Position numbers and translations under genes: made by a program. From contig JBNARI010000004.1 in NCBI GenBank assembly GCA_049718765.1, positions 19,967 to 83,966 on the forward strand: a DNA stretch of 64,000 nt, given 5' to 3'. This document shows positions 8,778-19,356 of the stretch, one piece after another. The notes below the pieces were generated by a model, which saw nothing but the letters and a program-made list of their open reading frames with translations, searched no databases and had not been told where the DNA came from. Position 1 is the first letter of the stretch. Each line of letters opens with the position of its first letter. This DNA comes from Bacillota bacterium (GTDB lineage Bacteria > Bacillota > Sulfobacillia > DUMF01).

Positions 8778-10847
8778 TTGGCTGACAAGTCCGACGTGCT
8801 TTCGCGGCCAGTTCAATACGTCAAAGGCGTAGGTCCTGTCAGGGCCAGGCTCCTTGCCCGCCTTGGCATAGTCACTGTTCGGGACCTAATTTATTTCTTC
8901 CCTCGTCGTCATGAAGACCGCACTTTGTTTACCGCCGTTGCGGCGGTGCGCTCGAATGACAGGGTAACCATATGCGGCGTTGTGAGGGACGTGGTGGAGA
9001 CCCGCTCCAGGAACAATATGACCATAACTCGCGTTGCGGTGAGCGACGGCAGCGGCACTGCTTGGGGCGTTTGGTTCAATCAGCCCTACATGAAGGAGAA
9101 ATTCAGAGTTGGCATGCGTGTGGCGCTAAGCGGCAGGGTTACTTTCCGCTACGGTAGGAAGGAGTTTAACTCACCTGATTTCGAAGAAATGGACGGCGAC
9201 AGCCCTATCCACGCTGGGAGGATGGTACCTGTTTACGCCCTCACCGAGGGCTTGAGCCAGCGGTGGCTAAGGGAAACAATGAAGTACGTTGTTGAGAGCT
9301 TTGCGCCTCTGGTTGACGAAGTGCTGCCTGAGGAAACTGTGAAAAAGTATAAGTTCCCCAGTGCTGGCGAGGCAGTTCGGGCGTTCCATTTCCCTTCGGG
9401 CCCTGAAGAGCTGGAGCGTGCCAGGCGCAGGCTTGCCTTTGAGGAGCTCTTCCTGATGCAGCTTGGCGTGGTGAGCTTCAAGCGACAAAACTCCCTCACA
9501 AAGGGCTATTCTCATAAGCCTGACCCGCCTCTTGTGGAGCAGTTAGTGGCGTCCTTGCCTTTCCAACTCACCCGTGCCCAAAAGCGGGTTTGGGATGAGA
9601 TTAGGAGAGACATGGAAGGTCCGTTCCCAATGAACCGTCTGCTCCAGGGTGACGTGGGGTCTGGGAAGACTGTAATTGCTGCCATGGCAATAGCCAAGTG
9701 CGTGCAAAGCGGCTACCAGGCGGCGTTAATGGCGCCTACAGAAATCCTTGCCGAGCAGCACTTTAATACCCTGAGGGCGTTCCTTTGTCCCCTCGGGGTG
9801 AGGGTTAGACTGCTCACGTCTTCCACTGGAGCCAAGGAGCGAGCTGAAGTCCTAGAGGGGTTGGCAGAAGGGTCCGTAGACGTAGCAGTAGGTACCCACT
9901 CCTTGCTAGAGGAAGGAGTGGTGTTCAGGCAACTGGCTCTTGCAATCACAGACGAACAACATCGTTTTGGAGTGAGACAACGGGCGAGGCTCATGTCCAA
10001 AGGGGCTTCTCCAGACACTCTAGTCATGACCGCGACTCCTATTCCCCGCACTCTTGCGTTGACCCTCTACGGTGACTTGGACATTTCCGTCATCGATGAA
10101 ATGCCTCCTGGGCGTCGTCCTGTAGAGACAGCCTGGTTCCCCCCTTCCAAGAGAGGCCAGATATACCGTTGGCTGCGGGAACAACTCAGTAGGGGAGAGC
10201 AGGCTTACGTGGTTTGCCCACTGGTGGAAGAGTCGGATGCCGTTGAGGCTGCAGCGGCCGTGGACCTGGCCGAGGAGCTCAAGGAGAAATGGCTAAGCGA
10301 CGTGGCCATTGGCGTACTGCACGGCAAGATGAAGTCAGCCGAGAAGCGAGAAGTGCTGTCGGCGTTCAAGAAAGGCAAGCTGGCAGTACTTGTTTCTACC
10401 ACTGTGGTGGAAGTTGGGATAGACGTGCCAAACGCTACCATACTGGTGGTGGAAGGGGCTGAACGCTTTGGCCTTGCCGAGCTCCACCAGCTGCGAGGGC
10501 GCGTGGGGCGGGGTAGCAAGCAGTCCTATTGTTTGCTTATTGCGGATCCCAAGAGCGAAGTGGCCCGTGCCCGTCTCGAGGTCATTACCAGAACTCACAG
10601 CGGCTTTGAAATTGCAGAGGAGGACTTGAAGTTGAGGGGCCCAGGTGAATTCCTTGGAACCCGCCAGCACGGAGAAATCCAGTTTAGAGTTGCTGACCTT
10701 GGGAAGGACCTTGATTTGCTTGTTGCAGCACGTAAGGAAGCTGAAAGGGTTCTGCAACGTGACCCCACCCTTGCCTCCCATGCCAGGCTTCGCCAAGTAC
10801 TGGAACAACGTCTTTGGGACAGGTTACCCTTTGCAACAGTTGGATAA
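8778..10847 (+). CDS. recG: ATP-dependent DNA helicase RecG
   Basis: LLQGDVGSGKT, DEQHRFG, MTATPIPRTL, QLRGRVGR, RGPGEFLGTRQHG. Confidence 0.98.
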   Translation: MADKSDVLSRPVQYVKGVGPVRARLLARLGIVTVRDLIYFFPRRHEDRTLFTAVAAVRSNDRVTICGVVRDVVETRSRNNMTITRVAVSDGSGTAWGVWFNQPYMKEKFRVGMRVALSGRVTFRYGRKEFNSPDFEEMDGDSPIHAGRMVPVYALTEGLSQRWLRETMKYVVESFAPLVDEVLPEETVKKYKFPSAGEAVRAFHFPSGPEELERARRRLAFEELFLMQLGVVSFKRQNSLTKGYSHKPDPPLVEQLVASLPFQLTRAQKRVWDEIRRDMEGPFPMNRLLQGDVGSGKTVIAAMAIAKCVQSGYQAALMAPTEILAEQHFNTLRAFLCPLGVRVRLLTSSTGAKERAEVLEGLAEGSVDVAVGTHSLLEEGVVFRQLALAITDEQHRFGVRQRARLMSKGASPDTLVMTATPIPRTLALTLYGDLDISVIDEMPPGRRPVETAWFPPSKRGQIYRWLREQLSRGEQAYVVCPLVEESDAVEAAAAVDLAEELKEKWLSDVAIGVLHGKMKSAEKREVLSAFKKGKLAVLVSTTVVEVGIDVPNATILVVEGAERFGLAELHQLRGRVGRGSKQSYCLLIADPKSEVARARLEVITRTHSGFEIAEEDLKLRGPGEFLGTRQHGEIQFRVADLGKDLDLLVAARKEAERVLQRDPTLASHARLRQVLEQRLWDRLPFATVG

Positions 10848-10859
10848 CTTTACAAGCGT

Positions 10860-10887
10860 GTATAAAGCCTGTCGATGTAACACACTA
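10860..10887 (+). promoter_or_regulatory. Putative forespore (sigma-G/F) promoter of SASP gene
   Basis: GTATA-16 nt-CACACTA just upstream of the SASP SD. Confidence 0.5.
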
Positions 10888-10917
10888 TATATGGCGAAGC
10901 CAAAGGAGGTGAATGAA

Positions 10918-11184
10918 ATGGGAGAGGGCCAGAGGTCCAACCAGGTGCTGGTGCCTCAAGCAAGACAAGTACTGGACCAATTCAAGAACGAGATTGCCAA
11001 TGAGTTGGGAATTAACCCACCGGGTGGATATTACGGAGACGTTCCCTCCAGGCAGTGCGGTGCCATTGGGGGTCACATGGTAAGGAGAATGATCCAGTTC
11101 GCTGAACAGAACCTGTCGACTGGAGCAGGATTGACGACCATGGGAACTACTAGTCCCACTGCAGGAAGGACTCCAACGCGGTAA
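10918..11184 (+). CDS. Alpha/beta-type small acid-soluble spore protein
   Basis: NQVLVPQARQVLDQFKNEIANELG...SRQCGAIGGHMVRRMIQFAEQ; SD AAGGAGGTGA; GPR site EIANE. Confidence 0.93.
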   Translation: MGEGQRSNQVLVPQARQVLDQFKNEIANELGINPPGGYYGDVPSRQCGAIGGHMVRRMIQFAEQNLSTGAGLTTMGTTSPTAGRTPTR

Positions 11185-11194
11185 TAGAAGCTCT

Positions 11195-11219
11195 TGAGGG
11201 CGGGCTCTTGCCCGCCTCA
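11195..11219. terminator. Hairpin between convergent SASP and gpr
   Basis: TGAGGGCGGGC-tctt-GCCCGCCTCA. Confidence 0.6.
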
Positions 11220-11262
11220 GATGTCTCCTCGTTTTAAAGTGCGACAACCCTTCAGCAACCTC

Positions 11263-12252
11263 TCACATGATGTACGTGGAGATTGTGTTCTGGCTGATGC
11301 CAGGGTGGAGAGTGGCATTTATGGCGCCAGCAATGATAAAGGACAAGTCCTCTATGTACACGTCAATTTCCTTGGGGGTCACCATGAGATTGGTGCCAAG
11401 GGGCTGGAGTACGTAGTCTATAAGCTGTCTCTTCTGGTCCTCGGAGAGCCCTTCGAGGAAGCTTGGCTTGTCGCCAGACTGCTCGGCGTAATCTAACAAA
11501 GCATCGATGGAATCCAGCGCAATGGTGACGGCGCTTACCACTGTGGGTACGCCAATTGCGATGACGGGTCTTCCCAAGGTCCATAAGTTTAGGCCAACCC
11601 TCCTGTTGCCCACTCCGGACCCTGGATGTATGCCTGCATTGGAGAGCTGAATGGTGGTGAGCATTCTGTCCACCCTACGGGCTGCAAGGGCGTCTACCGC
11701 AAGCACTAGATCTGGATTGAGCTTCATGCATACCCCTTCCACTATGTCCTTGGTCTCTATCCCGGTCGTACCAAGGACTCCTGGCGCCATAGCGGAAACT
11801 GACCTGAGTTTACCCTTTAGCTCTCTTGGCACGTATTCTCGAAGGTGCCTGGTCACAAGCAGCCTGCTGACCACCTTCGGCCCTAAGGAATCTGGCGTTG
11901 CTTTCCAATTGCCGAGGCCTACTACCAGCACTGATGATGTCGGTCCCAGATTCGTCAACTTGGCAAGCTCATCGGTGAGCACCCTGCTCACTTCTTCTGC
12001 CAGGGTGCGGTCCCTGCTTCTCAAATCAGGTGCCTCCAGGGTTATGTACTTCCCCATGGCTTTGCCCATGGCCTTGGCACCTTCGGGTGTAAAGACTTCC
12101 ACTTCAGTTATCTTTATCCTTCCCTGTTGACGCTGGCTAAAGGCTACTCCGGGGATCTCGCCAGTACGCCCGTAAGTCAGTTGTTCCCGCACTTCAAGGG
12201 CAAGGTCGGTATGCGAAGAGTTGTAAACTATTGACAGACTGGATCGGTTCAT
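11263..12252 (-). CDS. gpr: Germination protease GPR
   Basis: TDLALE autoprocessing site, GLGNWKATPDSLGP, AVDALAAR, GIHPGSGVGN, LMVTPKEID. Confidence 0.95.
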   Translation of the reverse strand: MNRSSLSIVYNSSHTDLALEVREQLTYGRTGEIPGVAFSQRQQGRIKITEVEVFTPEGAKAMGKAMGKYITLEAPDLRSRDRTLAEEVSRVLTDELAKLTNLGPTSSVLVVGLGNWKATPDSLGPKVVSRLLVTRHLREYVPRELKGKLRSVSAMAPGVLGTTGIETKDIVEGVCMKLNPDLVLAVDALAARRVDRMLTTIQLSNAGIHPGSGVGNRRVGLNLWTLGRPVIAIGVPTVVSAVTIALDSIDALLDYAEQSGDKPSFLEGLSEDQKRQLIDYVLQPLGTNLMVTPKEIDVYIEDLSFIIAGAINATLHPGISQNTISTYIM

Positions 12253-12269
12253 GGATATCCTCCCCGATG

Positions 12270-12299
12270 TATGTTGTCCCGACAGGCTCACCCCGATGC
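12270..12299 (-). promoter_or_regulatory. Putative sigma-F/G promoter of gpr
   Basis: Minus strand GCATC-15 nt-GGACAACATA. Confidence 0.5.
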
Positions 12300-12453
12300 A
12301 AAAAGAGAGGCGTTGATGGTTGTCAACGCCCTTCGGAGAACAAACCGGAGGAAGAGCCTATGGGGGAGGGTAATTGTTGTTCCAATCGATATTGTTCCCA
12401 CAGCGTGCTATACTATTCCTGGCTTTTGAGTAACTTTGTGAAAGGAGAAAACA

Positions 12454-12957
12454 ATGTTTACAGCTATTTACCCGGGTAGTTTCGACCCAATAACCATGGG
12501 CCACCTCGACATCATTCAGCGGGCCTCGCGCATAGTCGACCATCTTTACGTGACAGTGTTCCCAAACATAAGCAAGCAGCCATTGCTTACCGTTGAGGAG
12601 AGAGTCGAGTTAATCCGGGAGAGCGTGGGCGACCTTGCCAACGTTTCAGTTGAGCACTTCGATGGACTCCTGATCGACTACGCTAAGAGCAAGAACGTTA
12701 GGGTGATCATAAAAGGCCTGCGCGCAGTATCTGACTTTTTGTTCGAGTTTCAGATGGCACTGATGAACAAGAAAATGTATCCAGAACTTGACACCATTTT
12801 CATGATGTCTTCAGCAGAGTACTCGTATCTCAGTTCCAGCATCGTGAGGGAAATTGCTTTGCTGGGCGGCTGTATTAAAGGTCTTGTGCCGGAAAACGTC
12901 GAAAGGAAACTTAAGGAGAAAATCAGGCAGAAAGGTGGCACAAGGCAATGGACGTGA
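12454..12957 (+). CDS. coaD: Phosphopantetheine adenylyltransferase
   Basis: [35 protein letters not shown]. Confidence 0.98.
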   Translation: MFTAIYPGSFDPITMGHLDIIQRASRIVDHLYVTVFPNISKQPLLTVEERVELIRESVGDLANVSVEHFDGLLIDYAKSKNVRVIIKGLRAVSDFLFEFQMALMNKKMYPELDTIFMMSSAEYSYLSSSIVREIALLGGCIKGLVPENVERKLKEKIRQKGGTRQWT

Positions 12958-13415
12958 CTGGCTTGATCCATAAGCTTGGCGAGCTTATCGAAAACAGTTC
13001 CCGTATACCCCTCACTGGCAAGGTGCTTGTTGATGAAGAGGACGTGTTTGAAATACTCGACGAAATCGAGACATCCTTGCCAGAAGAGCTCAAGCAGGCA
13101 AAGCTAATTGCAAGGGAAAGGGAAAGAATCCTGGAGGAAGCGAAGCAAGAAGGTGAGAGGATCCTTGCAGAGGCAAGAGAACAGATGGGAAAACTAGTGG
13201 ACGAGAGCGTCATAACCCAGCAGGCCAAAGCCAAGGCAGACGAAATAGTGGAAAAAGCACAAACTATTTCCAGGGAAATAAGGCTGGGTGCTTTGGAGTT
13301 CACCGATGAAGTGCTTGCTAGGGCCGAAGAGCAACTGGCAAGCCTTCTTCAGTCTGTGAGGGAGGCGCGCAGCCAGCTTGCAAGGGAAAAGGGAGCGGAC
13401 TTGCGACCCACGTAA
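12948..13415 (+). CDS. Conserved coiled-coil protein (DivIVA/ATPase-b-like) downstream of coaD
   Basis: [10 protein letters not shown]...LPEELKQA followed by heptad repeats; usual position after coaD in clostridia. Confidence 0.75.
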   Translation: MDVTGLIHKLGELIENSSRIPLTGKVLVDEEDVFEILDEIETSLPEELKQAKLIARERERILEEAKQEGERILAEAREQMGKLVDESVITQQAKAKADEIVEKAQTISREIRLGALEFTDEVLARAEEQLASLLQSVREARSQLAREKGADLRPT

Positions 13416-14313
13416 GGGGAGAACTGGGCTCCTGCTCGCTGGGGCGGTCTTGATGCTGGTGGTTACTTGTGTGGCGCTGTGGGCGAGCCGCCGTCAGCAG
13501 TTGGCGCCAGAAGCCCGGGAAGCTCTCAAGGAGGTGACCATCGTCAGCGTTCCCATAGCAGACGTGAGAAGGGAACCTATCGACTCGTCGGAGCTGGTGA
13601 CCCAGGGACTGTACGGTTCTTCCCTCACAGTACTTGTGAGACGACCAGGGTGGCTTGGGGTGAAGGTTGAAATCCAAGGGGGCTATATGGGGTTTGTTCA
13701 CGATAACCTCGTGGCCAACGTGAAAGTGCCAGAGGGGTCCGGCTGGATTGTGGTAGATCCCCAGGCGCCAGTGTATGTTCAGCCCAGGGAAGACGGAGAG
13801 GAACTAGTGACTCTTTACGCGGGCAGCACAGTTTACGGGGTACAGAAGGCAAGCGATTGGGTTCAGGTGGATGTCCCTCCTTTGGGGCGTGGCTGGATGA
13901 AGGCGCAATCTGTGAGTGAGCTTGGCAAGCTCGGGCCTCCCAATGGAGAGCTGCTCATTGCCACTGCTCGAAAGTTCACTGGTGTGCCGTACAAGTGGGG
14001 CGGAGTAAGCGTACGGGGGATAGACTGTTCTGGGCTCACATACATTTGTTGCTTGGTGAATGGAATACTCATTCCAAGGGACGCAGACACCCAGTTTGAG
14101 AGCATGAAAGAGCGGGGGGTAACCAGGTCTGAGCTGTTGCCAGGCGACCTTGTGTTCTTCTCAACGAATGGACAGTTTGCAACCCACGTTGGGTTCTACG
14201 AGGGTAATGGCATGTTCCTCAGTGCTTTATCGTCAGTAGGTAAAGTGCTTCCAGATCAGCTCGACAGTCCGTACTGGACCACGAGGTTCTTCGGGGCTGC
14301 ACGGCCTTACTAG
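13378..14313 (+). CDS. SH3b + NlpC/P60 peptidoglycan peptidase (YkfC-like)
   Basis: N-terminal hydrophobic anchor; VTQGLYG; PYKWGG, GIDCSGL, PRDA, HVG. Confidence 0.87.
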   Translation: MQGKRERTCDPRKGRTGLLLAGAVLMLVVTCVALWASRRQQLAPEAREALKEVTIVSVPIADVRREPIDSSELVTQGLYGSSLTVLVRRPGWLGVKVEIQGGYMGFVHDNLVANVKVPEGSGWIVVDPQAPVYVQPREDGEELVTLYAGSTVYGVQKASDWVQVDVPPLGRGWMKAQSVSELGKLGPPNGELLIATARKFTGVPYKWGGVSVRGIDCSGLTYICCLVNGILIPRDADTQFESMKERGVTRSELLPGDLVFFSTNGQFATHVGFYEGNGMFLSALSSVGKVLPDQLDSPYWTTRFFGAARPY

Positions 14314-14316
14314 CTA

Positions 14317-15525
14317 TCATTGGCGTGACCTCAAACTGTTAAGGGCAGAAACCGCCATGCACACCGCGCAAAGCAGGCCCAGGGCAGCAAGGGATTGCTT
14401 TCCAAAATAATCTAGCTTCTGGGCCCAAAAGGAAAGGGTGGGACCGAGGCCATCCTGGAAAGTAGGCATCACACTTGACTGTTCCCTTGGGATGGGAAAG
14501 CCGAGGGTGAGCACCGCTGCCAGAACTGCCTGCAATAGCCTAGACACGACATAAGGGGTCATTCTAATGTCGGTGCCCTGGATGACCGCTGCCACCTGTG
14601 CGTGTACGGAGAGGCCACTCCAGGCAATGATTGCAGAAGCAGTCATCACGTTTTGATAGAGCGGGGCGCTTGCCTGACTTGCCAATTGCGACCCCAGGGT
14701 AATTTCGAACGTGCCGCACACCAAAGCTTCCAGTGTGCCGGGGTGAAGGCCAAACCCCCCGAGCAACTTGAAGAATAAACGGGACATAAAGTCCACGACG
14801 CCTACTATGGCCAGCATTCGGATGGCCACGCTAAACAAGATTATGAACCCTCCGATGAGCAACAGGGTGGCCACTGAATTTCTAATGGAGTCACCCAGCA
14901 ACTGACCGAACGGGCGTCCATCCTTGCGCCTCGCCGTGATCAAGGCTTGTAGGGCGCGAAAGATGATAGGGCCCTTTACTTGGGAGAGAGGGGCTTCAAC
15001 CCTGTCTTGCTTGGTACCCCAGAACCTAAGGATTACCCCTAGGATTAGAGCCGACAGGTAATGGGAAGCTACCAGTGCCTTGCCCACCGCTGGGTTGCCA
15101 AACATGCCAACCGCTACGGCGCCTGTAATGAAGAGAGGGTCCGCGGTGTTTGTGAAACAGAGCAAGCGTTCTGCCTCTGTACGCGAGCAAAGCCCTTCCC
15201 TACGCATCTTGGCAGTGAGCACAGCACCACCTGGGTAGCCCGAAGCAAGGCCCATGGCCATCACAAAGGAGCCCACGCCAGGTACGTTGAAAAGGGGGCG
15301 CATCAAGGGCTCCAGAAGCACTCCAGTAAAGTGAACCACTCCCAGCGCTATAAGAAGCTCCGCGCAAATGAAGAACGGCAACAGGGCCGGGAATACGATT
15401 TCCCACCAGACCTTCAGCCCCTCTACAGCTGCTTCAAATGCCTCCCCTGGATAGAAGATCATTGCCCCGGTGACTGCTGTTGCAGCCAGCGCAGTGAAAT
15501 AGGGCCTCAGCTTCCTGACGTTCAT
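14317..15525 (-). CDS. ylbJ: Sporulation integral membrane protein YlbJ
   Basis: WWEIVFPALLPFF, SGYPGGA, NTADPLFITGAVAVG, WSGLSVHAQV. Confidence 0.92.
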   Translation of the reverse strand: MNVRKLRPYFTALAATAVTGAMIFYPGEAFEAAVEGLKVWWEIVFPALLPFFICAELLIALGVVHFTGVLLEPLMRPLFNVPGVGSFVMAMGLASGYPGGAVLTAKMRREGLCSRTEAERLLCFTNTADPLFITGAVAVGMFGNPAVGKALVASHYLSALILGVILRFWGTKQDRVEAPLSQVKGPIIFRALQALITARRKDGRPFGQLLGDSIRNSVATLLLIGGFIILFSVAIRMLAIVGVVDFMSRLFFKLLGGFGLHPGTLEALVCGTFEITLGSQLASQASAPLYQNVMTASAIIAWSGLSVHAQVAAVIQGTDIRMTPYVVSRLLQAVLAAVLTLGFPIPREQSSVMPTFQDGLGPTLSFWAQKLDYFGKQSLAALGLLCAVCMAVSALNSLRSRQ

Positions 15526-15555
15526 GTCAAAACCTCCCGGCGTCTAGCAGTACAT

Positions 15556-15584
15556 ATCTATATGCGCTGCAATGGGGGTTATGA
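15556..15584 (-). promoter_or_regulatory. Putative sigma-E promoter of ylbJ
   Basis: Minus strand TCATAA-14 nt-CATATAGAT. Confidence 0.5.
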
Positions 15585-15588
15585 GGAA

Positions 15589-15616
15589 GGAGGAAAAGGC
15601 TTCACCCATGGCGAAA
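15589..15616 (+). promoter_or_regulatory. Putative sigma-H promoter
   Basis: GGAGGAAAA-12 nt-GGCGAAA. Confidence 0.45.
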
Positions 15617-15736
15617 GTCCTTTGATTAAAGGCTCAAGCCATACGGGAGTTGCAGCACGGCAGTTGGCTATTGCGCTGGGAAAGGAGGGAAATGCCCGGT
15701 CCAGGGTAATCGACCTACAGAGACCAGGGCACAGAA

Positions 15737-16528
15737 TTGAATGGAGAATTGCGCAAGTTATTGGAGACCACTGTAATTGAGGCAGTCCGCGACCACGCTG
15801 GCCAGACTAAATACAGACAGCCCGTATTTGGCTATGCAGATGCTCATGACCCCAGATTTCTTGAACTGAAGCGTGTGCTTCCCAACCACCTTTTGCCTTC
15901 CGACTTACTTCCAGGGGCGCAAAGCGTGTTCTGCTTCTTCTTGCCTTTCCATCAGGGTATTGTAGAAGCGAACAGGAGGGCACCAATTTGTGCCAGGGAA
16001 TGGGCCATCGCCTACAAAGAGACCAACGCCTTGATTGACTATATTTGCGAGCGGCTTGGGGAAAAACTCCGGCAACTGGGCGTAGCGGCAAAGTGGCGGC
16101 CAGCTACCCTGCAGTTTGACACCGTGACTCTAGAAGCCACCTGGTCTCACAAGAGCGTTGGGGTGATTGCAGGGCTCGGTACCATGGGGCTCCACCAGAT
16201 GCTCATTACCCCACAAGGTTGCGCTGGAAGAATTGGTAGCATCGTGGTTGGGGAGAACCTGCGTGCTTGTGGTCCAGTGCGCTCGGGAGAAGCGTTGTGC
16301 GGGTACTACTTCGCCAGCGGGTGCAGGGTTTGTATGGAGCTGTGCCCAGTTGGGGCAATCCACGAGCCAGTCAACGGGATTTCGGTGGACAAGAAGAGGT
16401 GTTACGCTCATTTGCTGCAAGTTGGCAAATACTTGAACCTCGAAGTTGGCGTGGAAGGAAAACTTGATATCTGTGGCAAGTGTGCCACCGGCACCTGTGG
16501 CCTGTCGGCTGGGGCGAGACCTGCATGA
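15737..16528 (+). CDS. Epoxyqueuosine reductase-like 4Fe-4S protein
   Basis: WSHKSVGVIAGLG, G-R-GS, CRVCMELCPVGAI, CGKC motifs. Confidence 0.75.
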   Translation: MNGELRKLLETTVIEAVRDHAGQTKYRQPVFGYADAHDPRFLELKRVLPNHLLPSDLLPGAQSVFCFFLPFHQGIVEANRRAPICAREWAIAYKETNALIDYICERLGEKLRQLGVAAKWRPATLQFDTVTLEATWSHKSVGVIAGLGTMGLHQMLITPQGCAGRIGSIVVGENLRACGPVRSGEALCGYYFASGCRVCMELCPVGAIHEPVNGISVDKKRCYAHLLQVGKYLNLEVGVEGKLDICGKCATGTCGLSAGARPA

Positions 16529-17262
16529 GCAGGCTGCGCGAGGGGATTACCGGTTTCGTTCAGGCGCTGCCCGTGGGGCTCAGTGTGTTTGCTTACGGGC
16601 TAGCTTACGGATCCATGGCCAGGCAAGCAGGGCTGAGCTGTTGGGAAACAGTGCTGATGTCAGCGGCGGTGTTCGCTGGCTCTGCCCAGTTTGCCGCGAT
16701 CAATATGCTCAAGGCGGGTGCAAGTCCCGCGAGCATAGTGTTGACCACTTTCACCCTCAACAGTCGTCACTTGTTGATGGGTGCGTCGCTCCGATTCGGC
16801 ATCGGCAAAGCCACTATCCTAGAACGGTTGTTGCTGGCACACTTTCTGACAGACGAATCCTACGCCCTAGCTGTACATGACCTTTCAAGTAGGCACCACA
16901 AGGCAGCTTATTTTGTTGGAGTGGGGTCCATGATATTTGTGGCTTGGGTGAGCAGTTCTGTGCTTTCTGCTGCTCTAGGCGAGCTGCTCCCGGAAAGCCT
17001 CAAGTACGGCCTTGGGTTTTCGTTCCTCGGAGTGTTTGCCAGCTTGATTGTGGGTCACGTGAAGGACATGCACATGGCTCTAGCGTTGGTTGTGGCAGCA
17101 GCTACTGCGTTGATTGCTGGAAGGCGTTTACCTAGCGGCCTTGTGGTACTGGTGGCAACGTTAGCTGCAATCTGCGTGGGGTTGGTGATCGATAGGCGTG
17201 AAGTCTCAGACGCTTCTAGTAATAGCTTGGATGGCCCTTGTCACTTACGTCACAAGGGCTAG
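16525..17262 (+). CDS. AzlC-family branched-chain amino acid exporter subunit
   Basis: MSAAVFAGSAQF, NSRHLLMG, LTDESYA. Confidence 0.9.
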   Translation: MSRLREGITGFVQALPVGLSVFAYGLAYGSMARQAGLSCWETVLMSAAVFAGSAQFAAINMLKAGASPASIVLTTFTLNSRHLLMGASLRFGIGKATILERLLLAHFLTDESYALAVHDLSSRHHKAAYFVGVGSMIFVAWVSSSVLSAALGELLPESLKYGLGFSFLGVFASLIVGHVKDMHMALALVVAAATALIAGRRLPSGLVVLVATLAAICVGLVIDRREVSDASSNSLDGPCHLRHKG

Positions 17263-17497
17263 CTTCTTGGTGCTTCCTGACAGGCTGAAGGTACCCAAGG
17301 TGGTGGAAAGGGCCTTGCGCTACGTGCCCGTAGGGGTGCTGACTGCGCTGGTGGTCAACGGTGCAGCTCATTCCCCCCTGTTCTTGGCTGGAACGCTGGT
17401 GAGTGCGCTGGTGGCTTACAGAACTGGTAACGTCCTGGTGGCCACGGCAACTGGTACGGCGCTCGTTTCTTTGTTGCACTGGTTGGTTGGGATGTGA
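17198..17497 (+). CDS. AzlD-family subunit
   Basis: MALVTYVTR, LRYVPVGVLTALV; small membrane protein after AzlC. Confidence 0.87.
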   Translation: MKSQTLLVIAWMALVTYVTRASFLVLPDRLKVPKVVERALRYVPVGVLTALVVNGAAHSPLFLAGTLVSALVAYRTGNVLVATATGTALVSLLHWLVGM

Positions 17498-17523
17498 GAG
17501 AGAGCCCCTGGATTGGGGCTCTC
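17497..17523. terminator. Bidirectional hairpin between azlD-like gene and thiC
   Basis: GAGAGCCCC-tggatt-GGGGCTCTC. Confidence 0.6.
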
Positions 17524-18826
17524 AGCAAGAGGAATATTGACGGCCCAGGAATTCCCCCACCAGTTTCATTGCACAGTACTGGCCGCACATGGTGCACTCA
17601 CGAAGCCCCTCAGGGTTCCTTGCGGAACGGTAGGTGCGGGCACGGTCTGGGTCAATCGCCAATTGGATTTGCCGGTCCCAGTCAAGTTGCTTTCTTGCTC
17701 TGGACATATTCAAGTCCCATTCCAGGGCGCCTTTTATGCCTTTCACCAGATCTGCAGCATGGGCTGCAATCCGTGCTGCCACTACTCCATCCCACACGTC
17801 TTGTTGGGTAGGTAGTCCCAAGTGCTCGGCAGGGGTTACGTAGCAGAGGAAGTCCGCTCCAGCGGCGGCTGCTATTGCCCCTCCTATGGCTGAGGTGATG
17901 TGATCGTACCCAGGTGCTACGTCCGTTACCAGGGGGCCTAGCACGTAGAAGGGCGCTCCGTGACACAGGCGTTTTTGGAGCTTGACATTGGATTCGATTT
18001 GGTCAAGGGGCACATGGCCTGGTCCTTCAACCATGACCTGGACTCCAGCACGCCAAGCACGCTCCACAAGCTCGCCCAAGGTGATCAGTTCCTGTATTTG
18101 AGCCCTGTCAGTAGCGTCAGCAATACAGCCTGGCCTTAGGCCATCACCTAGACTCAGAGTGACATCGTGCTCCCTTGCAATTTCCAGGATGGCGTCAAAC
18201 TCTTCGTAGAGCGGGTTTTCCCTTTCATGGTGGAGCATCCATCCCAGCACCAGTGCTCCGCCCCTGCTCACCACATCTGTGACCCTGCCTTCGCCCTTGA
18301 GGCGCTCTACTGCTGATAGGGTAAGGCCGCAATGAATTGTCATGAAATCAACACCGTCTTCTGCTTGCTTGCGAATCACTCCAATGAGGTCTTCTGGAGT
18401 CATGTTGACTATGACGCCCCTGCGCTCAAGCGCTTCCACCGCGGCTTGATAGATGGGAACTGTGCCCACAGGCACTCTTGATTCGGCAAGGAAAGCACGC
18501 CTAGCTCGATCAATGTCTTCTGCTCTGCCCGTTGACAGGTCCATCACAGCGTCGGCTCCTGCCTTAACCGCAAGCTTCAGCTTTTCCAGCTCGTCACAAA
18601 TGTGGGGAAGGTAGGTGGAAGTACCGATGTTTGCATTGACCTTGGTCCTTAGTCCTTTACCAATGCCATTTGGATCAAGGTTGGTGTGAGCTGGGTTGGC
18701 TGGAATGCAAATCGTGCCTGCTGCTACACCCTCAAGCACGAACTGGGGATCAAGGCCTTCCTTCTGGGCGACCCTGACCATTTGGGGAGTGAGTTTCCCT
18801 GCTAGGGCTGCTTCTCTTTGGGTCAC
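17522..18826 (-). CDS. thiC: Phosphomethylpyrimidine synthase
   Basis: [51 protein letters not shown]; under TPP riboswitch. Confidence 0.95.
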   Translation of the reverse strand: MTQREAALAGKLTPQMVRVAQKEGLDPQFVLEGVAAGTICIPANPAHTNLDPNGIGKGLRTKVNANIGTSTYLPHICDELEKLKLAVKAGADAVMDLSTGRAEDIDRARRAFLAESRVPVGTVPIYQAAVEALERRGVIVNMTPEDLIGVIRKQAEDGVDFMTIHCGLTLSAVERLKGEGRVTDVVSRGGALVLGWMLHHERENPLYEEFDAILEIAREHDVTLSLGDGLRPGCIADATDRAQIQELITLGELVERAWRAGVQVMVEGPGHVPLDQIESNVKLQKRLCHGAPFYVLGPLVTDVAPGYDHITSAIGGAIAAAAGADFLCYVTPAEHLGLPTQQDVWDGVVAARIAAHAADLVKGIKGALEWDLNMSRARKQLDWDRQIQLAIDPDRARTYRSARNPEGLRECTMCGQYCAMKLVGEFLGRQYSSC

Positions 18827-19356
18827 GGCTGTTTACCTCCAATCTTTGATCGCGCTGTTGCGACTCCAGCCTGCAACAACGCTACTACCACGAACAAACC
18901 AATGAGAGCACCCAGGGCGCTTGAGAGGGTGAATGGCACCACGTAAGCAAGCGCTGCCACGGACTTACCCAACAGCCATTTGGCTACAGGGTACGAGAGC
19001 AGGGCTCCGAGGAAGCCTGTACCTACCACTTCGCCAATACAAGCTGCCCACGGATAGCCGGTGAACTCGTAGGCCAGGCCTGCGAGCAGCGCCCCAATCA
19101 TGCTGCCTGGGAAGGCCAGGGGCGTGCCTGTGCCCAATAGGTTCCTTAAAGTGGCAATTGCCGTAGCCACAAGCACGCTTTGGGCTGGGCCCAGGAGTAC
19201 CCCAGCGGTGACGTTGATTGCATGTTGGACTGGGAAGGCCTTGGCCCCCAATACGGGGATTGCCATCACGTGAGAAGACAGAGTACCAATGGCTACTAGG
19301 AGACCCATGAACACCAGTTGCCTGGTCTTTGCGGATGTTGTTTCCCAACGACTCAT
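18823..19356 (-). CDS. thiW: ECF S component, thiazole transporter ThiW
   Basis: [35 protein letters not shown]. Confidence 0.93.
   Translation of the reverse strand: MSRWETTSAKTRQLVFMGLLVAIGTLSSHVMAIPVLGAKAFPVQHAINVTAGVLLGPAQSVLVATAIATLRNLLGTGTPLAFPGSMIGALLAGLAYEFTGYPWAACIGEVVGTGFLGALLSYPVAKWLLGKSVAALAYVVPFTLSSALGALIGLFVVVALLQAGVATARSKIGGKQP

Noticed and set aside
17522-18826. ThiC paralogue BzaA/B/F (benzimidazole synthesis)
   Set aside because: TPP riboswitch with thiE and thiW context indicates true ThiC
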